The notes: generated by a model from the sequence alone, not told the origin. A stretch of 63,213 nucleotides of DNA, filler included, from Pelomyxa schiedti (GCA_020536535.1; 7 parts of 7 records of this genome joined end to end with filler, not necessarily neighbours in it); one strand, 5' to 3'; positions 35,400 through 48,335 are shown, counted from the whole stretch's first letter. A program made the numbers and translations.

Positions 35400-36797
35400 C
35401 ACTTTTGTTGCTTGACCTTCAATGGTGCCCAAGAAGGATTTTAACAGCACTTGTTGTGTCAACCAATAGCCGTAGTTACAAGTGCATGAGGAATTTGTTG
35501 GAATATATTCAGGTATCAGAACCAGTCAGCTTGGTTCCTGAGTTGGCTTTTTGTTTGTTTTTGTTAGTGGAAAGGTGTTTTACTAGAATCGCATACATGT
35601 TGTGGTATTGGGCAGGAGGGTGAGAGGAGACGTGTCAGTGTCAGAAGGAGGCTTTGCGGTAATAGTAATCACAGGGGGCCCTCGGCCGGACTCGCGGAGA
35701 TGGTGAGATGTGTGTGAGACACTACTTGGAGTGCCATTGGTTTGTGTGTTTACATTGGTACTTGATACGGATTGAGTTGGAGAGGGAAGAGGGATCGACA
35801 GATGTGGCTTTGGCAGCCGGGAGACTGTGAGTGGAGATGATAGTAATGATGGAGATGAAGTACGTGCAGGGAATGATTGCGAGGGAGAAGAATTAGAGGT
35901 ATTATGTGATGTGCCAATGCCCATCACTTGGTTGGAAACCATCACAGAGCCCAAAGAGGCACTAGATGTGTGGTGGTGTGGAATGTGAGTCGGAGGAGAG
36001 TGTGAGTATGACGCTGCAGTGTGATGCATTTGTGGTACTGGTGTCAGACCAGTGCAAGAAACTGAAGATGTGGAGGTAGATGGCAGGAGTGGAGTTGCTG
36101 ATGGAACAGTGGTCAGGGTGAGTGGTGTGGTACTGAACGAAAGCTCACTTGCCAGTATGTCGTCAGCTTTCTGTGCTATTTCTTGTGCCAGCTGTTTAAC
36201 CCTGGCAGCTTCATCTGCGCTGGTGTTTTTCTTCTGTGCATCGAGTGCAGAGTCCTTTATTTGTAGACTTTTTGCCCTTATCTAAAACCACCACGATCAC
36301 AGATGTATAATGACACCCACAAAATTGGTTAGGGGGAAAAAAAAAAAAGGCGATGATGAGCAAGTACTTGTGCCCACGAGTTTTGCAAGTAAACTCGCGC
36401 TTCTTCTGCGGACATAACGTAGTCTTGCGCGTCGTAGATCCACCGTATTGTGTCTATCACAGCCAACAGCAGCACCACGCCTTGCTTCTCTCGATTAAAA
36501 TGACACAAATGAAATTGGTTCCCGCCCTTCCACCGGCTCCGGGCACTCACGTCAAACAAAGATAACAAAATAAAATTAAAAAAAAAACCAACAGCACCAA
36601 CACGGTATCGGGATCCCGGTTGTGGTTTGTTCTCCACACAAGATTGAACTCGTGCTTTTTATCTTTTCCCCGAAGATCCTTCCAATCCCCAAAAGGCAGC
36701 ACTGCGGGTTATGAGAAGATTGAGTACTTCGTGTGTACTCATCTACATCTTGTGTTTGTTTCTTATGTGCACTACCATGCTCTGAGGCACAACTCAT
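35400..36797 (-). CDS. hypothetical protein with Ser/Thr/Pro/His-rich C-terminal half, multi-exon; 3' end uncertain
   Basis: successive open exons (MSCASEHG.., IDTIRWIYDAQDYV.., AARVKQLAQEIAQKADDIL..). Confidence 0.45.
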
Positions 36798-36887
36798 TAT
36801 GGGAACCCTGGCTCCAAGCTGCTTACTCATCACTGGACCACAAGCCTCATTCAGACTCATTGTAACTGGTTTCCCAAACAACAACAA

Positions 36888-37871
36888 ATGATTCACTCTA
36901 TTGATGCACCACCGGTGGTCACGGTGCTACGAAAGGAAGTGATTCACGAGGGCAAAAAATTGTGCTTCTACAAGTCACATTTCATTGACCAAGAGGACAA
37001 GAACACAGAACGCGTAAGTCGCGAAACACCTAATATCTCTGCTCTGAACTAATTAACTGTGCTCCTGTAACAAACAACACAGCATATTTTTATTTATTTG
37101 GCTTTTCCAAAAACCAAAAAAAAAAATACAAAACAAATTAAAACTTTCGCAGGTGTATGAGTGTTTCGATAGGACTACAAGGGGAGGGAATGCTGTTGAT
37201 GGTGTGGATATGGTGGGCATAGTGTCCAGAAAAGGGCACCCGGACTGCATTCTTTTAGTTGTGCAGTACCGTAATCCTGTGCGCACTTACGCTTTGGAGT
37301 TCCCATCTGGTTATATAGTTATTTTTGTTTGTTTATACTGTTATAGCATAAATTTCACAACAAAACACCTTGAAACACTCTTTTATTTAACTGTTTGTAG
37401 GAACTGTTAACCCTGGAGAAGACCTTGAGGCGGCCGCAAGAAGGGAACTGCTGGAAGAAACCGGATTCCATGGTGGTGATATTGTCTCCAGAAGTCCCGT
37501 TGTCGCCTACGATTGTGGCCTCACATCTGACAACAGTGTTTTATACGTTATGAAGGTGCAACCCACCCCACCATCCGAAGTTTGGATTCGTTGTAACATT
37601 ATCTTTCTATAGATAGACGGGGATGCTCCGGAAAACCTGGTTCCACAACAACACCTCGATGAGGACGAGCATATTGGTGTCCTGCAAATACCTTGCCAAA
37701 GCCTCATGCAAACGGTGCAAGGTATCCACCCCATTCCCCAAAACAATCCCAACAACTACAAATGCAACAAACTCACCAAATACTATAGCCTACAGCAAGG
37801 CCGGATATTCCATCGATGCCAAGGTTTACTCCTTTGCTCTGGGGTTCCAATTGCAACCCTTCAAACTGTAA
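36888..37871 (+). CDS. NUDT5: Nudix hydrolase, ADP-ribose pyrophosphatase NUDT5-like
   Basis: LLVVQYRNPV..LEFPSG/TVNPGEDLEAAARRELLEETGF (Nudix box), QHLDEDEHI, YSIDAKVYSFALG; four GT-AG introns. Confidence 0.85.
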
Positions 37872-37995
37872 CCGCGAAAAAACAAAAATCGAAACAACGC
37901 TTCCATCAAATTTTTTTTGATTCCGGAAGTGGGTTTTTTTTCTCTTATTTATACCCAACAGATTCCATCGTTTGTAATAGATCTGCGGCCAAGAG

Positions 37996-39400
37996 ATGTC
38001 GTCAGTCTCGTACACTGGCTCCTCGTCGTGCTCGTCATCGTCGTCGAGTCCTGCCCGACGTAGAGTGGTCACCACGGGTGCGGCGCCGCCTCCCATAATA
38101 GACTCTGCCACAAAAGGCACCGCCGCAAGCGAAGTCCCTGTGGCAAACGGCGCAGAAGGTGCACCTACTTCGTCGGCGGCTTCTTCGGCGACTGCGAGTG
38201 TGTCCCGAAAAAGCCCGAGAAAAAGCGAGGAATCCGGCACCCCTGGGGTGCTGGCATTTTGCCCAGACTGCGGAAAGAAATCCATCGGCAAGTTTTGTCA
38301 CGGTTGTGGGAGGAATCTGAGCACATCGAATTCAGACATCTCAGTTCCGTCTCCGTCTTCTTCTTCTTCTTCTTCAACATCTTCTTCGTCTTCTTCGTCG
38401 TTGGCAAAACCGTCGAAGAGCCCGAAATTGGCTGTTACGAGACAAGAATGGTCTGCTCCTAGAAAGTACTTTTTCTCGATTTTTTTTTTTTCCCCCTATT
38501 ACTACAGCTACAATTACAATTTACATACAATTTGCATGGCAGAATATTGTATTTTGATAATCCCCCAAAGCTCACTGTGGAGGAACAAGGGGGTTTGTGC
38601 CAGGGTTGTGGTGCTGACCTTGCTGCCCAGGGAGGCGGTGTCAGTGCTCCCCGTGCTCGGCTGTGTGAATACACACAGCGTTATTTCTGTACCTTGTGCC
38701 ATCAAAACAAGCGATACGTCATTCCGGCACGTATTCTCAGAAATTGGGATTTTAGACCATACCCAGGTTTCGTTTCAACCTATCAATTCCATCCCCAACA
38801 TTTCGCATTAGTATCCAACTTTGCCTTTGGATTCCTGCGAGGTTTATTTGAAGAGCCAGCGTTTGATATCTCCGCAATAAATCCTTCTTTGTATACCTCT
38901 GTACCTGTACTTGCAGATATTCATGACAAGCGGCACCAATTATGTTTGCTCAAACAGGTATGCAATAGCATATGTGCAATTGAAGTGACTAAGGGGGAAA
39001 TACACCCAGTTGATACAAAGCTGCCCAGCTGCCGCTGCACCTAAGCTTTGCATGCAACGCCTGCCCCACTACTTGATTGATTCCATGTCAGATATGTATT
39101 CGCTGCAAGACCTCACAAATGCCGCTCTTCTGCGTGATACTTTGCATGAGATTACTGAAGACTGGGCAGTACATGTTGCTACCTGCCGTGTATGTAGAGA
39201 GAAAGGTGTAAAATGTTCTGTGTGTACTCATGGGAAGCTTCTCTACGACTTTATGATGCATTCTGTAGTCAAGTGCAAGCACTGTTCTGCACTCTTCCAC
39301 AGGCAAAACTCTTTCCCGTTTATCTCCTACATCTTACCACCTACAAAGGGACTGTATTGTAAGTCACAGAGACTGCCCCAAATGCAATAAGCGACTATAA
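37996..39400 (+). CDS. Rubicon-homology (DEF8/PLEKHM1/RUBCN-type) zinc-finger protein with N-terminal zinc ribbon
   Basis: CQGCG..RLCEYTQRYFCTLCHQNKRYVIPARILRNWDFRPY..HVATCRVCREKGVKCSVC..CKHCSALFHR..CPKC. Confidence 0.88.
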
Positions 39401-39469
39401 ACCTCTATTAATAAACAAAAACGAAACATTTGTACCGTTTCTATTTTCCTTTTTTTTCTCTTACTTGTG

Positions 39470-40337
39470 ATGAGTAAGCCAACAATTTTCCACCACAACT
39501 GCTCAAAGGTACGACAATATCGCCAAGCAATGAGAAGGTGGAGGATTCCAGAAGAGGTCAGACCGGCCAGATACGAAGTTGTGATACACAATGTGAGTGG
39601 GATTCCACACAAAGCAATGGCACAAGCATCAGGAACCAACAATGCAGCAGAGCACCACGTGTTTTTGGCCTGGGGGGATAAATCGTGGTCAAGAGTGAGG
39701 TCACAACCAGCAACAGTGGAGTATGATGAGTCAGGGATGCAACTGCAGATTGAAATGGGCGGGGGGAACACGCACCAGCTGGAAAATCAACAGCAGGTGA
39801 TTGTGGGAAGGGACTGGGGAATGGCCAGGCTGAATTGTTTGGTTGTTGTGGAACCTGAACTGAGCAGAGAAGTGAGGAATGAGGGGGGTGGTTCTGGTGT
39901 AGGGGGAGGAAGCCTGAGGGAGTGCAGTGAGTGGAAGGCCCAGCCGGTTTCACTGAGGCTTCAGGTATCAAGGAGAGTTGGTGGTTTCATTGAAAAAGTC
40001 GAAACAGTAGCAAAGGTTCCAGAATTACTTTTTTTGATTAGAATATTTCTTATGACATGAATATATTTTATAAGGTAAAGGTGTATTCAGAACTCAAGTG
40101 AGGTTTCCCTAGACTTATGGAAGAAAAATGACATAGGGCCAATTGGAAGTGGATAAGTACCCGCCAATGATGTATCACAGCCAAGACATTGTTCTGGAAA
40201 TGAGACTGAGTGAAGGAATGGGGCCAGGAGTATACGTAGACCAACACGGGGATCCCACAATCGTGCGCGCCTTCGCCTCCCTTAGAGCTACGTGGACCGG
40301 CCCGACCCGCGTGCGGCACGCCTGGAAGCTCTTCTGA
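39470..40337 (+). CDS. hypothetical protein (possibly C2-like beta-sandwich)
   Basis: two open exons with a plausible intron; no recognised family. Confidence 0.45.
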
Positions 40338-40470
40338 TTATTGTTCGCTGCCATCAACATTTCTGTCCGTTGAACGGGCACTTCTGCGAACCACCAGTTA
40401 AAAGAAAATCAAGCGGTTTTTTTTTGGCTGCTTGTTTGCCAAGCAACCAAACAACAGCAACAACAAGATC

Positions 40471-40746
40471 ATGAGCGGGGACTCCAGGGGACCGGCGTCG
40501 CGCGGCGCCGAAATGCAACTGCGGACGATCCCGGGCGGCTCGGTCGTGCGGGCCGAGAGCGCGGCGGTCGAGGTCGTCGTCAGCGGGTTTCTTGCCGAGA
40601 CGAGGGTGACGGCCGTGTTCCGGAACGACACGGACGAGCAGGTGGACGAGTGCGAGCTCGTCTTCCCGCTGAGCGAGGGCGCGGCGGTCTGCGGCTACGC
40701 GGTGGACGTGAATGGGTCCATGGTGGATGCAGTCGTGGTCGAGAAG
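40471..40746 (+). CDS. first exon of a VIT-domain protein (truncated by contig end)
   Basis: VVVSGFLAETRVTAVFRND..ECELVFPLSEGAAVCGYAVDVNGSMVDAVVVEK followed by a GT donor. Confidence 0.8.
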
Positions 40747-40800
40747 GTTTGCTCATTGATCATTGCTCGTTGCTGTTTTTGCTTTTACTTTTGTTGCTGT

Positions 40801-40941
40801 TGCTTTTGCTTTTGCTTTTGCTTTTGCTTTTGCTTTTGCTTTTGCTTTTGCTTTTGCTTTTGCTTTTGCTTTTGCTTTTGCTTTTGCTTTTGCTTTTGCT
40901 TTTGCTTTTGCTGTTGCTTTTGTTGCTGTTGCTGTTGCTGT
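40801..40941. repeat. (TTTTGC)n hexamer microsatellite with (TGTTGC)n variants, intronic
   Basis: direct reading. Confidence 0.95.
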
Positions 40942-40959
40942 TGGAATGGATGCCATTGC

Positions 40960-41059
40960 NNNNNNNNNNNNNNNNNNNNNNNNNNNNNNNNNNNNNNNNN
41001 NNNTTAATTAATTAANNNNNNNNNNNNNNNNNNNNNNNNNNNNNNNNNNNNNNNNNNNN
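40960..41059. other. artificial contig linker
   Basis: TTAATTAATTAA at 41004-41015. Confidence 0.97.
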
Positions 41060-43170
41060 GATTAACTTGGGGGGGGGTGAATGGAAACCTGTATTCCTGC
41101 ATTTATCCTCACCAGACCTTCCAGTGGTGTTCCATTATATTGTGACACAGCTCCGCTTCCTGGCCCATCTCTCCCTGTTGCTCCCAGTGTTGTGAATCGC
41201 GCAGTTTCTCCTTTGAAAGGCCTATTTACTGTGGCACTGAATGGGGAACCCTTGATGTTGCGCCAGTCACTCCCCACTCCTATCTTTCCCTGTATCAAGG
41301 TAGCGATCTTTCCAGGCTGTGAGATTCTCCACGACACGGTGTGAGTGTCATTGTCCACAGTGGCTCTGGCTCCCTCTGCTTGTGGCGGGTCAAAGATAAC
41401 ACGCCACTCTATTGGATAATGAACATTCTTTGGATCAACAGGCTTGTCCACAGAATCCCTTAGCTAAAACAAAGGAGTGAGCACTTGTAAAAAGAGTAAC
41501 GAGGGCGGCAATTTACCTGGATTTGATATTTCATTTCACTGTTACAGATGAAACATGAAGGAAGCGCTGCGATTAAACATTTGGAAATATCGACAGAGAA
41601 TGCAAACAGAGTTGCTGGGCTGTTGAGGAGTGGCACCCATTTTGTATACAGGGGTGGTGCACATCCCTCCACCACAAGGGTGTGCTCACCAACGGAGTTG
41701 AGAGTAACCATCAATTGGGTCACCCCATCACAGATAACCGCTGAGGGAGCTGCTTCTTCACTTGTTGATGCTCTTTGCAAGGATGAGCGTATTTGCATCA
41801 CCTTTGGAATGACGGAAAGTGAAGGTTTACTCACAGGTTCCCCGTTGGAGAAGTGTGGCTGTTTATATCATTCATTAAGAAAAGGAAAGAAAAGTAGCAC
41901 GTACCATCACTTGTATGGAAAGAGGGGCCCCAATGTAACATAGATTAGGAATATCCACCAGCTTGGTCTTAGTTAGATCAATTGCTTGGCACTGTTAATT
42001 GTGCATATTGAGGCCCCTGTGAAGTGGTACCTTTGACGTCAAGGTGCCCCACTTCATGACTACCAATGGTCACACTGTGTTTGCCGGGGACTTTGGGTGT
42101 GAAAGAAATTAACGTAGATGCAACTCCACTGTTTTCATTGTACTCCCACTCAGGATTGGTGAAGGTAAATTCTCCTTGTTTGGGTCAGCACTCAAAACAA
42201 GCCCAGGGGTTGGTACGTACCATTTGAAAAGTACAGTGTGAGAGTAAAACAGGAAAGACTTGGAACAACCAGGGCCGGTGTTATTGCCGTGCCGCTTGTA
42301 TCAACAACGTTTGACACTTTGAGAGTGAAACTAAATGGGATGCAGGCAATTGGGTCTGCTCCCTGTGTCACTTCTGTTGTAAACTTCCCTTCACTCAGTG
42401 CAACACCTGTGGGGTATCAACACACTAAGGTATTTCACAAGTGGCCAATACCAAAGGCAAATTTCCCAAAGGCCTGAATCTCCTGTCCACATTTGGCACT
42501 TGAAAATACTCTAACAGTCGGTGAGCAGCAAGGGGCATCCACTATCTGCGATGGAGGAAAGTTAATACATACTCCTTGCGTTGTTTGTTAGGCCTAACCT
42601 TCACTTTCTTGAGCATTGTGTTGAGCCATTCCATGGTGGTGCTTGAGACAGATAAAGCAAGACCATAGTTGACGCTGTGAGTGAGCATGTTACAGGCGTT
42701 CACGGCTCCTTCCAACACTTGGCTGTGCTGCTGGAGCAACTCAAGCTGCGCTTTGAGAATAACATCTTAAAATTATGAATGTTAAACCAACGGATTGATG
42801 CTTTAGGCTCTCCACACCTGATGTTATTTCAATGTTCTTTGACTCGGATAAGAGGGTTTTTTGTCTCTGGTTAAGCAGTTCATGGAGCTCAAGGAAGATT
42901 TTTTCTATGTGCTCTCGAGCTTTTGTGAAATTCTGCAGGGATGCAGTTACAGTGAGACGGGACGAATTGAAGTAGAGGCACTCACATCAGCAAGTTCTTT
43001 TCTGGTTTCAATGACGTGTTTTGCAGCATTTTGCAGCCTTGCAATCTCGGTGGAGGTGGCTTTGGTGGTACTTTCTACATCTTGCCTCATGTTGTTGAAG
43101 GCTGTCTCAAGAGAAACTGATGGATGTTGAATCCCCGTGACAGAGTCCTTGTGAGGACCATTGCACAAGC
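41060..43170 (-). CDS. TRIM-like fragment: B-box end, coiled coil, filamin-type repeats, start of an ALK/LTK-type glycine-rich domain (both ends missing)
   Basis: CNGPHKDSV..LETAFNNMRQDVE coiled coil; filamin ends SFTPKVPGKHSVTI and NIKGSPFSATV; then ARFTTLGATGRDGP..GLVRINAGIQ, which matches the recalled ALK segment FTTCGASGPHGP..GIQIW. Confidence 0.72.
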
Positions 43171-43270
43171 NNNNNNNNNNNNNNNNNNNNNNNNNNNNNN
43201 NNNNNNNNNNNNNNTTAATTAATTAANNNNNNNNNNNNNNNNNNNNNNNNNNNNNNNNNNNNNNNNNNNN
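43171..43270. other. artificial contig linker
   Basis: TTAATTAATTAA at 43215-43226. Confidence 0.97.
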
Positions 43271-44488
43271 TGATGTAAATCTCGCCGGAGTCGTGGTCGC
43301 AGTCGACTTGCCAGCCGTAGTCGAAGACAAGGTCGTCCCACCAGCACCCTGTCATGAAGATTCCAACTCCGGTTGTGTACTCTGGGGCACACTCGCTATC
43401 GGCGAAGGTAATCTCGTAAACTCTGAGGAGAAGTTGGGAAAAAACAAGTCCAACTAGTGAGAGCTACACACCCTCCCTTGGCATAGGCCTCGAGTTCATC
43501 CTGGCCGATGCAAGTCTCGTTGAACCAGGTCTTAAGGATGGTGTCTTGTGTTTGCTCCACACATGTTCCCTCCTCAGTCGCACCGCAGAATCGGGTGTAG
43601 TATCCCTCAGCCTCAATTGGTGAAACCTCAGTGCATCCTGAGTAACGACAGTGGGTACAAGCAAACCCGATTAATGTAACTGACCTGACTCGCTGTCTAG
43701 GTACGACTCGGTCCACCAGACAGAGTTAGTTGTCATATCACCACAAGTCATCGTAAAGGTGTAGGTTTCGCCAGTGACGAGGAAGTCGTCCATGGAGGTC
43801 GACCCAAGGTCGAAGCAAGTATCACCAGCAGTCTCGTCGTAGGCATCTACAAATGCGACTCCACTGCAGATTGAACCTGTGTAGCTCCAGGGTTTTGAGT
43901 CTTTGTCAACACAGTCCCCGAAGTAACCAGAGGCAGTGTAGCAGCCGTATCCCTAAACTGTGTAAGCGACCCAGATTAGGAAAAGACGACGAACCATGAT
44001 GTTTCCTTCCCGTGGGTAGCAGTAGCCCCAGTAGGCGTAGTCTCCAGCGGTGACACACTCTACAGTTGCAGCCATTTTCATAACAGACTCACCGGAGCAG
44101 TCGGTTGAAGTAAACAGAGTAACTTCCATAGGACTAATTACCATTAGTATAGAGTAAAAGTATATAAATGCTTACGCAGAGGTGAACCCCACATCTGTCG
44201 ACCAGACGGGTTCGTCATCGAAGCACCTCCAAGTTTGCCATGTGGCACTTAGAGTGTCGTAAATGCTTCCAGGGTACTCATAGCAGTAAGAAACATTGGA
44301 GTAGACAGCTTGGAGAACATCGGTTTCTACACCGGAATTAGCCAAAAAGGAAAATTAGGAAGTCAAAGGTGAAACCAGTGTCATCACTCCAAAGAGTCCA
44401 GACTTGGAACTGTGGATTCGCAGGTACACACTCGAGGAAGTAGTACCCAGACCCGTAAGTGCTGCTGTACGGTTCGAAACAGTAAGGG
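43271..44488 (-). CDS. internal fragment of a Cys/Tyr/acidic-rich, probably extracellular protein with many short exons
   Basis: recurring [FYW]x4-5C[ST]G-like units (FTSTDCSG, YTGSICSG, WFNETCIG, FADSECAP) and regular GT-AG introns. Confidence 0.55.
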
Positions 44489-44588
44489 NNNNNNNNNNNN
44501 NNNNNNNNNNNNNNNNNNNNNNNNNNNNNNNNTTAATTAATTAANNNNNNNNNNNNNNNNNNNNNNNNNNNNNNNNNNNNNNNNNNNN
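44489..44588. other. artificial contig linker
   Basis: TTAATTAATTAA at 44533-44544. Confidence 0.97.
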
Positions 44589-44637
44589 CTTGCGTCTTGG
44601 ATGCACAATAAGGGAAAAACAATACCTTTCCTTCTGC

Positions 44638-46769
44638 TAACAGATGGTGTCAGTGCGGGTCCTGCACTGATGCTGCTGGGAGGCAGTATTCCTATCTTCG
44701 TGGGTCTCAGGTAGTTGGTAAGGGTCAGGTCCTCTCTGTTGGTTACCCCCTCTGACCTGTGGCCCAGTATGCTATTGTCTAATCGTATGGCTATGGTCCA
44801 ATCTAACCTTCTAAATTCGATCTCTTACGCCTTTTACCCTGTTTGGACCCGTTGTCATAATTTTAGCCAATTTCCTTATTTGTGGTGGGGAGGAACTCTT
44901 TCGGTACAACCCTGCACGTTTTGCCACATGGGCATGGTTTTTTTTTGTTCACCACTTTGGTCTTGTGGAAGGTGATGGTAGAGTGCGCTTTTGTTTAGTG
45001 CCTTTTCCGTTTGCAGGCCTCTTACCCGTGGGTTTCTTTCGGACATCTTTGGATCTGGATTTGGACTGAAGCTGCCGTGGCTTCTTGGCCATCACCTTGT
45101 CATATGTCTGGTTAATAAACTCACGTGCAGTGTCATCTTGAAGAAGTTGTTCTGTGAGAAGTTTGCCCCTCATTCTCTTTGGTGCCGCGGAGAAGTGTTC
45201 AGAGGCATGTGGTACTACCGTTCCAAGCTGTGATGTGTTAGTGAAAGAGGCAAGCAGAAATTTGTGGGAGATACCTCGAACTTCTTGGGAATAACAAACC
45301 GCTTGGGAACTGATGAGTGGGAGGCAGTGTCCTTTGATATGATTGACCTGATAATTGTTGGGTTGCAAAAAAGGGGTAGGACCAATTTACCGGTAAACAC
45401 TGAGCAGCATCAAGTGCTTTTTCACATCTGAATTAACATGTTTCCTGTTATTCTTCTGCATGTTGCGTGAGGTAAGCGAAAAAAAAAGTGTGGTGACGGA
45501 CCTGCCTCTGTTCCAGTTTCCGTTTCATAAGAGACGGTGAAAGGGCTGGAGCCCGGGGCTTTCGTTCAGCACCTTTGAGAAGTCCTTTCCTAAGAAGATT
45601 TAAACTCAATAGCGCTAGCTAAGAACAAATACTTTCTGATAAGAGCTTCCACTTCTTTTTTTTCCTGCTGGGCAGAGAGCACACTCGGCACCAGGTCTTA
45701 GAGGAGTTGGAAAACAAAAAAAAAAGTTGTAATGCAGTATACCAAAACTGTTTGGCTCCGCACCTGTAAGGAATGGTAAGTTACATCTACGAAAAGGTAA
45801 AAACCTACTTGAAGTTGCTACAGGCTTCTTCAAAATGCTGTGGAGAGATGGGGGTAACTCGGAGAGCCAATTTTCTCTGAAGAGCTTCGCCTCTGAAAGT
45901 GACAAAACTGGCGCAGCCGGCTGCCGAACCTCAGCCTCACCCTCAGCAGCCTCCTCATCCCCGCTGTTAGTCTCATTCTCATCATCATTCTCCTTCTCAT
46001 CCTCATCCTCAGCCCCACTCTGGTCCAGCTCAATCCCATCATCATCATTATCATCATCTTCTTCTTCTTCATCTTCTTCTTCGCCCTTCTTTTCAGCATC
46101 ATCATCACCACTGTGGTTCTCACCATCGTCGGCATCGTTGTACGCAGCGCGAGGGGGATGGTTCCTCGCGCTCGCGGTGGCGGCGCCGCTGGCGCCGTAC
46201 ACGTCTGCGCGCCTGGCCACCCGCTCGGCCCTCGTGCGCTCCGCGGCCACCCGCACGCGCTTGGGCACGCTGAGCCCCAGGAACCCCTCGCCCCGCTCGC
46301 CGCGGCGCTCCTTGGCCCGCATCACCGCGCTCTCCTCGGGCGTCTTGACGTACGGCCTGGCCCGCGGCGCGTACGTCCCCCGCGCCTCGTCGACGTCGTC
46401 GGCCGGGTCCAGATCCCCGGCGCCGGCCGCCGGCGCCGCCTCGCCGCCGCGCCCGATCGCGTCCGCGTCGTCGTACAGGAACGCGTCGTTCTTGGCGCCC
46501 TCGTCGTCGCTGTCGAAGTCGAGGAACGTGCGGCGGCGCTTGCGCACGCTGGTCGCGGGGGATATCGGCGTCCCATGATCGGGGTCGGGGGCGGAGGGGG
46601 TCGTGGCCTCTTCGGCTGCGGTGTCGGCAGACTTGGCGCTGCGACCTTTCACGCCCCAACCGACGTCTAGGGCGTCGTCTTCCTCGCCTTGGTCCATGCC
46701 CCGCAGGGGCGCGAACGTCGTCGCGTGACGGCGTGTGTATCGCCGCAGAGACTTGCTCACAACGGGCAT
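44638..46769 (-). CDS. hypothetical low-complexity protein (GC-rich first exon, long D/E tract, K/R-rich C-terminus), multi-exon
   Basis: 384-aa open first exon with NLS-like RKRRR; downstream open exons at 44949-45368; extent approximate. Confidence 0.5.
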
Positions 46770-47058
46770 TTTGATTAATTTATCTGTTACTGCAACTGCA
46801 GTTCAACAGGCCAATATTGGATGGCTCCGAAGCAAAAATCTTGCCGATGAGATAGAGAACACGGGAACCCTCCAACCCTCCCACGCACCCAAAACCAGGA
46901 TAGACTTTTTTTTAGCAAACTTTGGCTGCTTCTTTAACTTAAGTTAAAAGGGTTTTCCTGAGACTTTGGGGAAAATTGTCTGAAGAGTTTTTTTTTTGCT
47001 CGAGCCTTTTATGCTGCGAAAATGCTGATGGCTGTCGTGATATCAAAATCAAGTCCAC

Positions 47059-47760
47059 ATGTGGCGATCGTCACAGCCAGCGACAATGTTACAATTCATG
47101 GTCAACGCAACTTTCACACATTGGCACAGGCATCCCTTGAAACGCGTCGGCAGGCAATTCCGGTTTGATCCTTTGAACTTGTTGCAAGAAGGTGCTGGCT
47201 ACAAAGAGCTGGAGGAGGAGCGGTGTGATTTGTCCCACAGTTATGCCCTTTCTCTGTGGAAGTTATACCACAACGAAGGAAAAGACGCTGCTGCCGAAAA
47301 ATTACACAGGTCCTTCTCACAGCACTTTAAACCCAACCAAGTAAGTAACTCTAACTGCCCCCAACACTAACATGGGCCTATGCTAGACGGAAGCGTGGGA
47401 GATATTGGAGCCATAGCTTTTTTCTTTCAAAAAGCCGGCTGGACAAGGAAGAGAAAGTCCAGTTTTATACCCATGTGTTACCGTGTCATCTGTCCCCACA
47501 TCCTGGTAACTTCAACATCCTCCATGATGTCTACTCACTTTTCCTTAGGCGCTAACAGTGTTGTGGTATTAGATAATATGCCCCAGCACAGACAACAAAC
47601 ACCAGAGATTGCTTCTGCAATATCGGCAGCTGGAAGCTTTATTGCATGGAATCCCCCAGTCCCCAGACCTAAATTTAATTGAGAAGTTCTGGGATGTGGT
47701 TTCAAGTCGAATCACACAGTTGCACTTGGAATTACTGACAGGTTTTACTTGGTTCTACTT
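47059..47760 (+). pseudogene. decayed IS630/Tc1/mariner-type (DDE_3) transposase
   Basis: VVVLDNMPQH..(frameshift in the C run at about 47651-47655)..PQSPDLNLIEKFWDVV; D-to-E spacing about 35 after repair. Confidence 0.75.
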
Positions 47761-48164
47761 CATTCATGATCGAACTTTGCCGCGAACAGGTAAGTATGGA
47801 GTGCGGCGATGTGCGGATGTTGACGATCTAATATTCTGCTTGGAAACAACACGGATGTCACGCCATTCATTGCATGGTGTTCGCCACTCATTGCATGGTG
47901 TTGGGTTAGATTGACTTCACTGAAACAACTTGGTAAAAGAAAAAAGACTTGGATTTTTCCCCATCACAAGTTTTGGTTTTCATGGTATTGTGTGGAATGG
48001 GGAGGCTCTTGTGGGCCTTGTAGACAGTCAGGCGAGTGGGGAGAGGTAATGGGAGTGCCAGAAGATGGGAGGGATCCAGAAGAGCTTTTGGGGGGACCAT
48101 TATGGGGCAGGAGGGAACTGGGAGGGGGTAAGTACAAGCCAGGAGAGCTAAAAGAGCTGGAAGG

Positions 48165-48335
48165 GGAAGAATAGGAGCCTGAAGCGGCAGTAGAGCCAGA
48201 AGGGGAAGAATAAGAGCCGGAAGATAAAGAATTGGAGCCGGAAGGCAAAGATTTGGAGCCGGAAGAAAAAGAATAAGAGCCGGAAGGCAAAGAATTGGAG
48301 CCAGAAGGGAATAAGAGCCGGGAGAGGCTGAGAAA
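48165..48335. repeat. degenerate 21-bp tandem repeat (GAGCCGGAAGGCAAAGAATTG-like) inside Ser/Pro-rich minus-strand ORFs 47906-49049
   Basis: about 7 imperfect units encoding heptads such as NSLPSGS, YSFSSGS and YSSPSGS. Confidence 0.75.

Noticed and set aside
40650-41015. Poly-Leu, AKAK, CFCF and (at 29432-29691) CVCV/HTHT ORFs
   Set aside because: These are translations of hexa- and dinucleotide microsatellites.
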